Below the pieces are notes generated by a model. The model worked only from the letters and a program-made list of their open reading frames with translations, was not told the DNA's origin and searched no databases. The position numbers were made by a program, and so were the translations under genes. 64,000 bases of DNA from Candidatus Omnitrophota bacterium. GTDB taxonomy: Bacteria > Omnitrophota > Gorgyraeia > Gygaellales > Profunditerraquicolaceae. Where the stretch lies: contig JAUYDL010000029.1 in assembly GCA_030691865.1 (NCBI GenBank), forward strand, positions 4,721 through 68,720, in the 5' to 3' direction. Below, one piece after another: positions 9,756-19,459 of the stretch. Each line of letters starts with the position of its first letter. The first letter of the stretch is position 1.

Positions 9756-10351
9756 TTAAGAAACGCTCCAATTATACCGTGCCTGATCATCATCACCGCG
9801 ATCGCCGCCAGCAATATATACATTATCTTAGAATATGCCCGTGTGCCGTTGGGGCCGATCACCTTCATTATCGTATCAGCCTTAACCAAAGTAATCCAGA
9901 CAAAAAACATATTTAATACTACTGCCACTAGGGTAGCCAGGGCGCCAAAACTGTTCATCATCATCAGCGTGGTAGTCAAAACCGCTGGCCCGGTAATTAA
10001 TGGTGTACCCAGGGGGAATACGCCCATGTCTTTATCATGAGAACTTGTTAATACGCTTTTCTGAGCACCCGGCAATAAAAGACGTACTGAAATAACAAAT
10101 AAAAGCGCGCCACCGGCAATCTGAAAATCAGGGATAGTTATACCTAAAAGCGAAAAAACCCACCGACCTATGAACATAAAAATAATCGCTACCGCCGTAG
10201 CAGTAGCAATCGCGTCTAAAATTATCTTATGCCTCTGAGTTTTTGAGGAACCCTCAACCAGAGATAGAAAAATAGGAATATTGGCAATCGCATCCACTGC
10301 CACAAACAGCGGAATAAAGCTAAGTATATAGGGTTTCAGCGCTTCCATCAT
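9752..10351 (-). CDS. MarC-family (UPF0056) integral membrane protein.
   Basis: 199 aa, about six transmembrane segments, MarC-like composition. Confidence 0.55.
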   Translation of the reverse strand: MMEALKPYILSFIPLFVAVDAIANIPIFLSLVEGSSKTQRHKIILDAIATATAVAIIFMFIGRWVFSLLGITIPDFQIAGGALLFVISVRLLLPGAQKSVLTSSHDKDMGVFPLGTPLITGPAVLTTTLMMMNSFGALATLVAVVLNMFFVWITLVKADTIMKVIGPNGTRAYSKIMYILLAAIAVMMIRHGIIGAFLK

Positions 10352-10409
10352 AATTTATTATTATATAGAATAGTCAGTAAAATGGCAATAGAAAAAATCG
10401 ATTTAAAAT

Positions 10410-10457
10410 AAAGGGGACGGTTCTATTTTCCGTATTAAAATAGAACCGTCCCCTTTT
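10410..10457. repeat. REP-like element, copy 3.
   Basis: AAAGGGGACGGTTCTATTTTCCGTATTAAAATAGAACCGTCCCCTTTT, lying between the MFS stop and the marC start. Confidence 0.8.
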
Positions 10458-10460
10458 ATT

Positions 10461-11606
10461 CTATTCAATCTTATTAATGAGGAATAAGCAAAGAAAGCTG
10501 GTTAATGCGGATAAGACTATCAACCATTTTAAGCCCACCAGAGGAAGTAGGAATGCGCCGGATAAATTACTGCTTACTCCGGCTAAATTATTTATACTAC
10601 ATAAAAGCGCAAATGAAGTTGCCTCTAACCCGCGAACCGAGTGGCGGGCCATAAAATCCATAACCATCAAAAATATAAACATCCCCAAGAAACTATAAAC
10701 CACATCATAAGCTACTGCGGTTACCGGAGTATAATATAGGTAACTTAAGGTAGTTAATCCTCCCAAAAACACTGAATAATACAGCCACTTCTTAATATTT
10801 ATCTTTTGGCTAAATTTGTAATAAAGTAATGCCCCAATAACCCCAAACACCGTGCTAATCGTGCCTAATGTCCCGATCCACATCTTGCCCCATTTAAAAC
10901 TATCCCGCTGAATAAAAAATAACGGGGTGCCAAAAGATGGAGAGTATTTATACAAAAATATAAATAAACCGATAATCAATATTTTCTTATCACTAAAAAG
11001 TCTTTTTAGGTCCGTAAACAAGGTTGAATGCTTCTTCTCTGTTTTTTCTTCTTGATAAAAATACGCCGGCAGGCCAACCAATAAATAAATCGGAACCAAA
11101 CATAAGAAACCTACTTGATAACCCCATTTCTGGGCGATAAAAGCTCCGCCGATTCCGGTAAATAACCCGGCAATTAAAATTGAAATCCATTGAATGCTCT
11201 GAATCTTCCCGGTGGCCTGGTATTTCTTGCCTTCCACGCACATAATTCCATCAACCGCCACATCACGAAAAGCGGCATTGCCGGAACTAATGATCAGTAA
11301 TGCCACCAAGATAAAAAGCGGCAGATGCATTAAACCTAAAAATAAAACAAAAATTATATCCAGCGCTAAAGAAATAAATATCCAGGCTCGTTTACTAAAT
11401 AAATTATCGATAAGATAACCAATCAACGGCTTAACCAGCCAGGCAAAGGTAGTCAGGCTGCCGATAAGCATGATTTTTTCAGGAGAAAAATTCAGGGTCT
11501 CTTTAAGATAATAAAATAACCCTTGGGCCGGCAGGCCTTCTATGCCTTGCGTAAAATAAACCGCGCTACTTAGAGCAAATATCCAAAATAGTTTTTTATT
11601 CTTCAT
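10461..11606 (-). CDS. MFS-type transporter, folate-biopterin (BT1)-like.
   Basis: 381 aa with about 12 transmembrane segments. The N-terminal region resembles BT1-family transporters. Confidence 0.5.
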   Translation of the reverse strand: MKNKKLFWIFALSSAVYFTQGIEGLPAQGLFYYLKETLNFSPEKIMLIGSLTTFAWLVKPLIGYLIDNLFSKRAWIFISLALDIIFVLFLGLMHLPLFILVALLIISSGNAAFRDVAVDGIMCVEGKKYQATGKIQSIQWISILIAGLFTGIGGAFIAQKWGYQVGFLCLVPIYLLVGLPAYFYQEEKTEKKHSTLFTDLKRLFSDKKILIIGLFIFLYKYSPSFGTPLFFIQRDSFKWGKMWIGTLGTISTVFGVIGALLYYKFSQKINIKKWLYYSVFLGGLTTLSYLYYTPVTAVAYDVVYSFLGMFIFLMVMDFMARHSVRGLEATSFALLCSINNLAGVSSNLSGAFLLPLVGLKWLIVLSALTSFLCLFLINKIE

Positions 11607-11615
11607 ATTAAAAAT

Positions 11616-11675
11616 AAAGGGGACGGTTCTATTTTTCCTGCGTCCATTTCTAGAAAAATAGAACCGTCCCCTTTT
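11616..11675. repeat. REP-like element, copy 4. It probably terminates the gap-pgk-tpiA-secG operon.
   Basis: AAAGGGGACGGTTCTATTTTT-CCTGCGTCCATTTCTAG-AAAAATAGAACCGTCCCCTTTT, 9 nt downstream of the secG stop. Confidence 0.8.
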
Positions 11676-11683
11676 ATTTAATT

Positions 11684-11998
11684 TTATTGAACTCCTGCTG
11701 CATCCGGTTTAACTGTTTCTGCTGGCAAGATTACTGCGGGCTTTGCAGTACGCACATCGCGCATTAATGACTTACTCTGCTTAACCGATAAAACTGCCAA
11801 AGCTAAACAAGTTATGAAGAAAACAACCGACATAATCGTGGTTATACGCGTAAGAAAAACACTGGTCTTGGTTCCAAACATCGACTCTACCCCGGCAAAA
11901 CTTTCTACTAAGCCGGCGCCTCTTCCGCGCTGAATTAAAACTAATCCGATTAAAACTACACAAGCAGTCACATGAATTATAATCAAAAATGTCATCAT
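11684..11998 (-). CDS. secG: Preprotein translocase subunit SecG.
   Basis: 104 aa with LIGLVLIQRGRGAGLVESFAGVESMFGTKTSVFLTRIT. It sits directly downstream of tpiA, the conserved tpiA-secG arrangement. Confidence 0.75.
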   Translation of the reverse strand: MMTFLIIIHVTACVVLIGLVLIQRGRGAGLVESFAGVESMFGTKTSVFLTRITTIMSVVFFITCLALAVLSVKQSKSLMRDVRTAKPAVILPAETVKPDAAGVQ

Positions 11999-12762
11999 TT
12001 TACAACCTCGCTGGTTCGAGTAACGATTGCACTAAAACTATCCACCTTTAAGCTTGCCCCGCCCACCAAAGCACCGTCCACATCCGGTTTACCGATTAAC
12101 TCCGCAATATTTTCAGGCTTCACACTTCCGCCATACTGGATTCTAATACTACCGGCCACTTCTTCCCCATACATCTTTCTTAATAAATCACGGATATATT
12201 TATGCACTTCCTGCGCTTGATCGCTAGTAGCAGTCTTACCCGTACCAATTGCCCAAACCGGCTCGTAAGCAATCACAGTTTTGATCATATCTAGAGCGCT
12301 AATATCCGCTAGGCTACCTTGAATATGATTTTGGATAACTTTAAAGGTATTGCCCGATTCTCTTTCCTGCAGATTCTCCCCCACGCAAATAATCGGAGTC
12401 AACCCATGCTTTAAGCAGGCTTTAATTTTTTTATTTACAGTCTCATTAGTATCGCCGAAAAACTGCCTGCGTTCAGAGTGCCCGACAATAACATACTGGC
12501 AACCCGCATCCTTAAGCATAACCGCAGAAACCTCTCCTGTAAAAGCACCCTCATCCTGCCAATAGATATCCTGAGCGCCTATGGTTATATTACTATCTTC
12601 CAAATCATCCGCCAAATACGCCAGTAATGTATAAGCGGGACAAATTACGATATCCACATTTTCTATTTTATAAAGTTCTCTTTTTAAGGCAACCGCTAAT
12701 TCCTGGCCGTCTTTAATCGTTTTGTACATCTTCCAGTTTCCAGCGATAATTAATTTTCTCAT
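11995..12762 (-). CDS. tpiA: Triosephosphate isomerase.
   Basis: MRKLIIAGNWKMYKT...VICPAYT...VIVGHSERR...IAYEPVWAIGTGKTAT. Confidence 0.9.
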   Translation of the reverse strand: MRKLIIAGNWKMYKTIKDGQELAVALKRELYKIENVDIVICPAYTLLAYLADDLEDSNITIGAQDIYWQDEGAFTGEVSAVMLKDAGCQYVIVGHSERRQFFGDTNETVNKKIKACLKHGLTPIICVGENLQERESGNTFKVIQNHIQGSLADISALDMIKTVIAYEPVWAIGTGKTATSDQAQEVHKYIRDLLRKMYGEEVAGSIRIQYGGSVKPENIAELIGKPDVDGALVGGASLKVDSFSAIVTRTSEVVK

Positions 12763-13955
12763 TTGTCCGTAAGCGCGGCAATCCCGGGTAAAGTTTTACC
12801 CTCCAAGAACTCCAGGCTTGCCCCTCCTCCAGTTGAAATATGCGACATCTTATCTTCTAAATTAAATTTAGCAATCGCGGCTGCCGTATCCCCTCCGCCG
12901 ATTATCGAAGTAGCCTTTAGGCCTGAGATAAATTTAGCCACCTCCAGCGTCCCTTTGCTAAAAGCATCCATCTCAAAAATTCCTAAAGGCCCGTTCCAAA
13001 CAATGGTTTTAGCCAAACTTAATTTATCTTCAAATAACTTAATTGTCTTAGGCCCGATATCCACGGCGATTTTACCGGCCGGTATATCAGGACCCACTAT
13101 TTCGGTTTTAGCCGCCGGATCAATATTATCCACCACTACGTGGTCAATAGGTAAAAGAATCGCTTTATTTAATTTTTTAGCTTGCTCTAAAATCGATCTA
13201 GCTAAATCTAGCTTTTCTTTTTCCAGCCGAGAATTGCCAATCTCTATGCCTTGGCTTTTTAGAAAAGTATAGGCCATACCACCGCCGACAATAATCGCAT
13301 CACACTTAGGAAGCAGATTTTGAATAACCCCGATTTTATCCGATACCTTGGCTCCACCTAAAATAACCATAAACGGTTTTTGGGGATTACTAACCGCGCC
13401 ACCTAAATATTTAATCTCTTTCTCTAAAAGAAATCCCGCGGCAGATTTTAAGAAATGCGTAACACCTTCGCAAGAAGCATGCGCCCGATGCGCCGTACCA
13501 AAAGCATCATTAACAAAAATATCCGCCAAGCTAGCTAACTTTTTGGCAAAATTTGCATCATTTGCTTCTTCTTCGGCGTGGAAACGTAAATTCTCCAGCA
13601 AAATTACTTTTTTTTTAGAATTATCGATTTCCTGTTTGATACTATCGCCAACACAATCATTAAGAAATAATACATCCTGCCCGAGCAGCTCTTTTAAACG
13701 CGCGGCTACCGGTTTGAGGCTGTATTTAGCCACCGCTTTGCCATCCGGCCGGCCTAAATGGCTCATAATTACTAATTTTTTGGCCCCCTTCTTTAAAATA
13801 TATTTTAAAGTAGGCACCGTTGAGCGAATGCGCGTGTCATCAGTAATATTAAGGTTGGCATCCTGCGGCACATTAAAATCCGCCCGCACTAATACTGTCT
13901 TGTTTTTTAAATCGATATCTTTTAAGGTTAATTTCGCCATCTCTTCTTCTTCCAC
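12759..13955 (-). CDS. pgk: Phosphoglycerate kinase.
   Basis: VLVRADFNVP... MSHLGRP... AVSNPQKPFMVILGGAKVSDKIGVI... WNGPLGIFE. Confidence 0.9.
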   Translation of the reverse strand: MEEEEMAKLTLKDIDLKNKTVLVRADFNVPQDANLNITDDTRIRSTVPTLKYILKKGAKKLVIMSHLGRPDGKAVAKYSLKPVAARLKELLGQDVLFLNDCVGDSIKQEIDNSKKKVILLENLRFHAEEEANDANFAKKLASLADIFVNDAFGTAHRAHASCEGVTHFLKSAAGFLLEKEIKYLGGAVSNPQKPFMVILGGAKVSDKIGVIQNLLPKCDAIIVGGGMAYTFLKSQGIEIGNSRLEKEKLDLARSILEQAKKLNKAILLPIDHVVVDNIDPAAKTEIVGPDIPAGKIAVDIGPKTIKLFEDKLSLAKTIVWNGPLGIFEMDAFSKGTLEVAKFISGLKATSIIGGGDTAAAIAKFNLEDKMSHISTGGGASLEFLEGKTLPGIAALTDK

Positions 13956-14028
13956 AAGGAGGACACCCGCGCAATACCAATCAGCGCGGGGTGCCTTTCC
14001 GAATATTTAAGCTACAATTGACTAAACC

Positions 14029-15081
14029 TTATAGCCCCTTCTTAGCAATATACTCGCACAAATCCACTACCCGATTAGAATAACCCCACTCATTGTCATA
14101 CCAGGCCAGCACTTTAACAAAATCATCCTGAATAATCTTGGTAATCTTAGCATCCACTACCAAGCTTAATGCGCAATGATTAAAATCAATTGAAACTACC
14201 GGATCCTCAGTATATCCAAGTATCCCCTTCATTGCGCCTTCGCTAGCTGCTTTAAAAGCAGCATTCAATTCTTCAACCGTAGCTTTTTTTGCCAACATTA
14301 CGGTTAAATCTACTACTGAAACATTTGGCGTAGGAACACGAATGGCAAAACCATCCAGCTTACCTTTTAATTCCGGGATTACTAACGAAATTGCCTTAGC
14401 CGCACCTGTAGAGGTAGGAATCATCGAAACGGCAGCAGCGCGTGCGCGGCGTAAATCCGAGTGCGCCATATCCTGCAACTTCTGGTCATTAGTATAGGAA
14501 TGTATCGTAGTCATCAGGCCTTTAACAATCCCCCAATTATCCTGCATCACCTTGGCCACGGGTGCAAGACAATTAGTGGTACAAGAAGCATTGGAAATCA
14601 CGTGATGATTTTTAGGGTCATATTTTGATTCGTTCACTCCCAGAACAATGGTTATATCTTCCCCTTCAGCCGGAGCAGAAATAATAACTTTCTTAGCACC
14701 TCCCTTGGTGATATGATTCTCTGCGCCTCGCACTGTTTTGCCCTTCTTATTCACTCCGTCATGCTTAATGGTAAATAATCCGGTAGACTCCACAACGATC
14801 TCTACCCCTAAATCTTTCCAGGGTAACGCTGCAGGATCCGTTTCCTTTAAAACTTTAATCGCTTTACCGTTAACCGAAATTACATCAAGCGCGGTTGCCT
14901 TAACCTCACCGTTAAAGCGTCCATGCACAGAATCATATTTAAAAAGATAGGCGTTGCTCTTGGCATCCGTCAAATCATTAATTGCCACTAGCTCTATATC
15001 TTTACTATTCTTCTCTAAAATAGCCCGGGCCACTAAACGGCCAATCCTGCCAAAACCATTGATCCCCACTTTAACAGCCAT
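14029..15081 (-). CDS. gap: Glyceraldehyde-3-phosphate dehydrogenase.
   Basis: [13 protein letters not shown]... [10 protein letters not shown]... WYDNEWGYS. Confidence 0.9.
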   Translation of the reverse strand: MAVKVGINGFGRIGRLVARAILEKNSKDIELVAINDLTDAKSNAYLFKYDSVHGRFNGEVKATALDVISVNGKAIKVLKETDPAALPWKDLGVEIVVESTGLFTIKHDGVNKKGKTVRGAENHITKGGAKKVIISAPAEGEDITIVLGVNESKYDPKNHHVISNASCTTNCLAPVAKVMQDNWGIVKGLMTTIHSYTNDQKLQDMAHSDLRRARAAAVSMIPTSTGAAKAISLVIPELKGKLDGFAIRVPTPNVSVVDLTVMLAKKATVEELNAAFKAASEGAMKGILGYTEDPVVSIDFNHCALSLVVDAKITKIIQDDFVKVLAWYDNEWGYSNRVVDLCEYIAKKGL

Positions 15082-15196
15082 TTGACTCCTCCTCTTATTA
15101 TAGTTTTTTGCTTTCGTGCTACATCCTATCTACTAACTACTACCTACCTGCCTGACGGCAGCCAGGGCAGGCAGGCTAACTACCCTATATTTATGT

Positions 15197-16198
15197 TTAG
15201 TCTTTTACGGCTTTTAAATACTGCGCGGCTAATTCAGGCGAGGTTGGATCAAGATAAAAACCAGTTCCCCACTCAAAACCCGCCACCTCAGTTAAACGCG
15301 GCATAATTTCAAGATGCCAATGGTAATACTCTACGCCGGCATCGCCATTAATCGGCGCAGAATGAATTATATAATTATATGACAAATTTACAAATACTTT
15401 TTTTAATTTCGCTAAAGTGTACTTTAAAATCTTGGCCAGCGCCACAATCTCTTCAGCTGACATATGGTAGAAATAACCGCTATGCTGCTTAGGAAAAATC
15501 ATAATCTCAAATGGAAACCGGGAAACAAAGGGGCAAAATGAAATGAAATACTTATTTTCTAAAATCACCCTCTCCTTATCCTGGACCTCCTGACGAATAA
15601 TATCGCAGAATATACAACGCTCCCGGTAATTATAATAATTTTGCGCTCCATGAATCTCCTCCAGCACATTTTTGGGTACCATCGGCAAGGCGACTAATTG
15701 CGTATGCGGATGCTCCAGGGAAGCCCCGGCTGCTGCGCCATAATTACGAAAGACCATAATATATTTAAAACGGCTATCTCTTCTTAGATCCGCTGCGCGC
15801 ACACAACACATCTTCACGTAACTTTCGATTTCCTGCGGCAGGAGATCCGAGATATCTTTATTATGATACGGGCTCTCAATTAAAACTTCATGCGCACCGA
15901 TACCGTTGGACATATCATAAATACCTAATCCCCGACGGTCAAGCTCACCTTCAATCTGTAAAACGGGAAATTTATTGGCTACCACGCGTACCTGCCAACC
16001 GGGAGTATTCGCCCCTGTGCCCGGATCGCGAAAACAACTTATTTCAGGCGGGGTCATAAATTCATTGCCATAACAAAACGGGCATAAACCTCCGTCGGGA
16101 ATATACTGCTCATATTTAAAATCTCCCGGTTTCTTCGGATGAACCGTATCCACGATCACCCAGCGGCCAACCACCGGATCTCTTCTTAATTCACCCAT
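15197..16198 (-). CDS. galT: Galactose-1-phosphate uridylyltransferase (HIT-family class I GalT).
   Basis: CPFCYGNE Zn site and the HPHTQ (His-Pro-His) catalytic motif. Confidence 0.75.
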   Translation of the reverse strand: MGELRRDPVVGRWVIVDTVHPKKPGDFKYEQYIPDGGLCPFCYGNEFMTPPEISCFRDPGTGANTPGWQVRVVANKFPVLQIEGELDRRGLGIYDMSNGIGAHEVLIESPYHNKDISDLLPQEIESYVKMCCVRAADLRRDSRFKYIMVFRNYGAAAGASLEHPHTQLVALPMVPKNVLEEIHGAQNYYNYRERCIFCDIIRQEVQDKERVILENKYFISFCPFVSRFPFEIMIFPKQHSGYFYHMSAEEIVALAKILKYTLAKLKKVFVNLSYNYIIHSAPINGDAGVEYYHWHLEIMPRLTEVAGFEWGTGFYLDPTSPELAAQYLKAVKD

Positions 16199-17224
16199 CT
16201 ATATTTTAACCTCTCTTAAAAATTTAGCTGTATCTTCAGGCGGAAGCGGACAGATATAAAAACCCGTTCCCCATTCAAAACCCGCCACCTTAGTTAAACG
16301 CGGCATAATCTCGATATGCCAATGGTAATCCTGATCAATAGTCTTCCAGTAGCCCACCTTCTGCCGGCGAAAAGGCGCGGTATGAATGAGATAATTATAA
16401 TCCGGGTCATTCAATCCTATCTTTAACTTTAAAAGCACAGCTTTAAGCACGCGGGCTAGATTTCTCCTGGACTCCGCATCCATACAGGTATAATCACTGC
16501 AATGCTTCTTAGGTAAAATCCAGGTCTCAAAAGGAAACCGCGCGGCAAACGGGCTAACCGCAACAAAACCATCAAAATCTAAAATCACGCGTTCCTTTTG
16601 CGCCAATTCCTGTTTAATTAAATCGCAAAAAACGCAGCGCTCATGATAATCGTAATATTGACGCGCCCCAACCAGCTCTTCTTTTACGCGTTTAGGAGTA
16701 ACTGGTGTGGCAATCAATTGCGATCGCGCATGCCTGATCCCGCCGCCACCTGAACCTTTACCGTAATTTTTAAATACTAAAACATATTTAAACCGGCTGT
16801 CCCTCTCCAAATCCACTAATCTATCAGAATAGCAATTAAGCACTCTGGTAATCTGCTCTTCGCTTAAATCCGCCATATTGGCGATATGCTGATTCGTCTC
16901 AATCACAACCTCATGCGCACCTACGCCATTCATTACATCATAAATGCCGTTTCCACGACGATCTAAATCACCTTCAACCCTTAAAAATGGGGAAATGCTA
17001 GGAACTACGCGCAAATCCCAACCCGGGCCATTACGCGTAGAATTACGCGGTCGGATAGCATAAATTTCAGGGGGAGTATTTCCTTCCCTACCTTCACAAA
17101 ATGGGCAGGCCAACTGATCTTCCTGATCTTTGAGTTGGCCGACAAATTGATCAGGGCGCCGTGCGCGTTCGGTGGAGATAATTACCCACCTACCTATAAT
17201 CGGATCTTTCCTTAATTCTGGCAT
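16199..17224 (-). CDS. GalT paralog whose His-x-His nucleophile motif is replaced by His-Ala-Arg.
   Basis: CPFCEGRE Zn site is retained. The motif IRHARSQLIATP aligns to EHPHTQLVALP of the neighbouring copy. Confidence 0.65.
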   Translation of the reverse strand: MPELRKDPIIGRWVIISTERARRPDQFVGQLKDQEDQLACPFCEGREGNTPPEIYAIRPRNSTRNGPGWDLRVVPSISPFLRVEGDLDRRGNGIYDVMNGVGAHEVVIETNQHIANMADLSEEQITRVLNCYSDRLVDLERDSRFKYVLVFKNYGKGSGGGGIRHARSQLIATPVTPKRVKEELVGARQYYDYHERCVFCDLIKQELAQKERVILDFDGFVAVSPFAARFPFETWILPKKHCSDYTCMDAESRRNLARVLKAVLLKLKIGLNDPDYNYLIHTAPFRRQKVGYWKTIDQDYHWHIEIMPRLTKVAGFEWGTGFYICPLPPEDTAKFLREVKI

Positions 17225-17225
17225 A

Positions 17226-17262
17226 GAAAGTAATTATAACAGAACTCCTAAAAGTTGCAACA
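17226..17262 (-). promoter_or_regulatory. Sigma70-like promoter TTGCAA-N16-TATAAT, ending 8 nt before the ATG of the GalT paralog. It may give a leaderless or near-leaderless transcript.
   Basis: The minus strand reads TTGCAACTTTTAGGAGTTCTGTTATAATTACTTTCTATG. No Shine-Dalgarno is visible. Confidence 0.3.
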
Positions 17263-17358
17263 AGTTTATAACATCCCGTCATTGCGCGAAACGAAGCGAC
17301 CGAGGGCGAAATGCCCGAGGAAGTGCCGAGCCCATCCGGGCGAGGCCAATCTCGTAAA

Positions 17359-18393
17359 CTATTTATTTTTCCTTAATAGGCGTTTAGCGGCTTTCCGCTC
17401 AATCATTTTTACCGAGCGATCAAAATCGCTGTCTTTTGCATCGCAGGCTTTGATCCTTTTGAGATTAAATTTATCATATTGTACTTCCGCATGCCCAAGC
17501 GCAAGCTCATGAGATATCTTGCCTGCATGAGCGAGAATTTCCCGCTCATTAAGCGACAAAAATCCGTCAAGCTTTTTAATCCAGTCCTTCATATACATGG
17601 GGGTACGGCGCATCGCCTGGCCTTCGGCGAAAATCAGATATTGCTCTACGAGATTGTTGAGCGCCAAAAGTTCTTGTCCATAAAGATAATTCTTCGCGAT
17701 GGCGACATCGTGTTTGCGAACTTTAGCGCCTCGCCAGCTGGTAAGCCCCATGTTCGTCTTTGAGCTGTCAGCGCGTTCGCGTATAATTTCCGCGGCTGTT
17801 TTGCCACTGATTGCCCAATGCATTTTATTCTGCACCGTTTTAAAGAAGTCAATGCTGATTTCCAATGCAGGATTGTAATCTACGCTAGTAGCATAAATGT
17901 CCGTTATCTTCTGATAGAACCGGCGCTCGGAGGTACGAATATCCTGAATACGCCGGACAACCTCATCAAAATAATCAAAGGGTTGATCGGGATTTTTAAG
18001 CCGTTCGTCATCAAGCACAAAACCTTTTACAATATATTCCCGCAAATGCTGGGTTGCCCATTGACGAAACCGCGTGGCGATATGTGATTTAACACGATAT
18101 CCAACAGAAATAATCACATCAAGATTATAATATTCAATTTTTCTTTTGACCGGCCGCGTACCTTCTATTTGAACTGTCAAGAATTCCTTGACAGTTGCCT
18201 TAGGTATTAATTCTCCTTCTTCGTAAATATTTTTAACATGGACGCTGATGTTCTGCTTAGTAGTCTGAAATAGTTCCGCCATCAACTGCTGAGTCAGCCA
18301 GACCGTCTCATTTTGAAAACGAACATCAATTTTAATTTTTCCGTCTTCAGTCTGATAAATTATCAACTCGGACTTATTTTCTTTATTTTCCAC
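17359..18393 (-). CDS. RhuM-family (virulence-protein RhuM-like) protein.
   Basis: The N-terminus reads IIYQTEDGKIKIDVRFQNETVWLTQQLMAELFQTTKQNISVHVKNIYEEGEL, characteristic of the RhuM family. Confidence 0.6.
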   Translation of the reverse strand: MENKENKSELIIYQTEDGKIKIDVRFQNETVWLTQQLMAELFQTTKQNISVHVKNIYEEGELIPKATVKEFLTVQIEGTRPVKRKIEYYNLDVIISVGYRVKSHIATRFRQWATQHLREYIVKGFVLDDERLKNPDQPFDYFDEVVRRIQDIRTSERRFYQKITDIYATSVDYNPALEISIDFFKTVQNKMHWAISGKTAAEIIRERADSSKTNMGLTSWRGAKVRKHDVAIAKNYLYGQELLALNNLVEQYLIFAEGQAMRRTPMYMKDWIKKLDGFLSLNEREILAHAGKISHELALGHAEVQYDKFNLKRIKACDAKDSDFDRSVKMIERKAAKRLLRKNK

Positions 18394-18513
18394 TGGTTAA
18401 CTCCTTTTCTAACTTTTCAAGAAGTTATCTTTCATCTAGTTTGCCATAACCTTAGATTGCTTCGCCCCGCCTGCGGCGTGGCCCGCAATGACCGGAACCC
18501 GCAATGATGCAAA

Positions 18514-19458
18514 CTATTTATTCTTCCCTAAAATTTCACCTGCGGCAAGCTTATGCCCGATAATAAAATTCTGTGCCGACATACGCTTTCCCGCTTCCAG
18601 CTGCAGCTCTTTAATTTCTAAAAAACCTCTTGCGCAAGCCACAACAATACCATGCTTGTCCGCCCTGATCACTTCACCAACTGAAGGCTTATGGCTAGGG
18701 AATATCGGTAGGACTTGCGCCTGAAATATCTTAAGCAACTTCTTGCGATAACTGGTAAATGCCCCCGGCCAGGGGATAACCCCTTTTATCTGGTTATGAA
18801 TATTCACGGCAGAAGTATCCCAATCAATTAAACCGATCTCTTTTTTCATCTTTGGGGCATAGACAACCTTATCTTCATCTTGTTCCACCAAACGATAATC
18901 CCGGTTATCAATAATCACCAACACCTCCATTAAAAGCTGGGCTCCGCATTGACTCAGTTTCTCTTCTAAACTAACCGCAGTATCCCGATCTTCGATTTTT
19001 ATTTCCTTCTGCATAATTACCGGGCCGGAATCCATCTTTAGAGTTACATAGATAATCGTAATCCCGGTTTTCTTTTCCCCATTAATTATCGCCCAGTTAA
19101 TCGGAGCCGCCCCCCGGTAACGCGGCAGAAGCGAAGCGTGGATATTAATCGGCATAATCTTGGGAATATCTAAGATCTCTTGAGACAATATCTGGCCATA
19201 GGCGACGATTACAAAAAGATCCGCATCCAGGCTCTTTAAAAATTTTACGCTTTCTTTACTATTGATATTTTCCGGCTGAAAAGTTTTAAGCCCGGCGGCA
19301 ATAGCCGTGTTTTTAACATCGGTAGCCGCTAACTGTAAATGCCGGCCTTTCTGTTTATCCGGCTGGGTAACCACACAGGCCAACTCATGCTGGCTTTTAA
19401 TTAAAACCTCAAGAACCGAAACACCAAAATGTGCACTTCCGAAGAATATTATTTTCAT
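18514..19458 (-). CDS. fmt: Methionyl-tRNA formyltransferase.
   Basis: MKIIFFGSAHFGV... NIHASLLPRYRGAAPINWAIINGEKKTGITI. Confidence 0.85.
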   Translation of the reverse strand: MKIIFFGSAHFGVSVLEVLIKSQHELACVVTQPDKQKGRHLQLAATDVKNTAIAAGLKTFQPENINSKESVKFLKSLDADLFVIVAYGQILSQEILDIPKIMPINIHASLLPRYRGAAPINWAIINGEKKTGITIIYVTLKMDSGPVIMQKEIKIEDRDTAVSLEEKLSQCGAQLLMEVLVIIDNRDYRLVEQDEDKVVYAPKMKKEIGLIDWDTSAVNIHNQIKGVIPWPGAFTSYRKKLLKIFQAQVLPIFPSHKPSVGEVIRADKHGIVVACARGFLEIKELQLEAGKRMSAQNFIIGHKLAAGEILGKNK

Positions 19459-19459
19459 C

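Noticed and set aside
10993-11241. 82-aa minus-strand ORF.
   Set aside because: It is an alternative frame inside the MFS transporter gene, Arg-rich and low-complexity.
12763-14010. Plus-strand ORFs of 169 aa and 220 aa.
   Set aside because: They lie antisense within pgk and gap. Their composition is low-complexity and Ser/Ala/Leu-rich, with no recognisable motifs. The glycolytic genes on the minus strand are unambiguous.
17280-17350. GC-rich stretch considered as a tRNA or small RNA.
   Set aside because: No cloverleaf could be drawn, there is no GTTC/TPsiC-like arm, and I found no convincing stem-loop. It remains unassigned.
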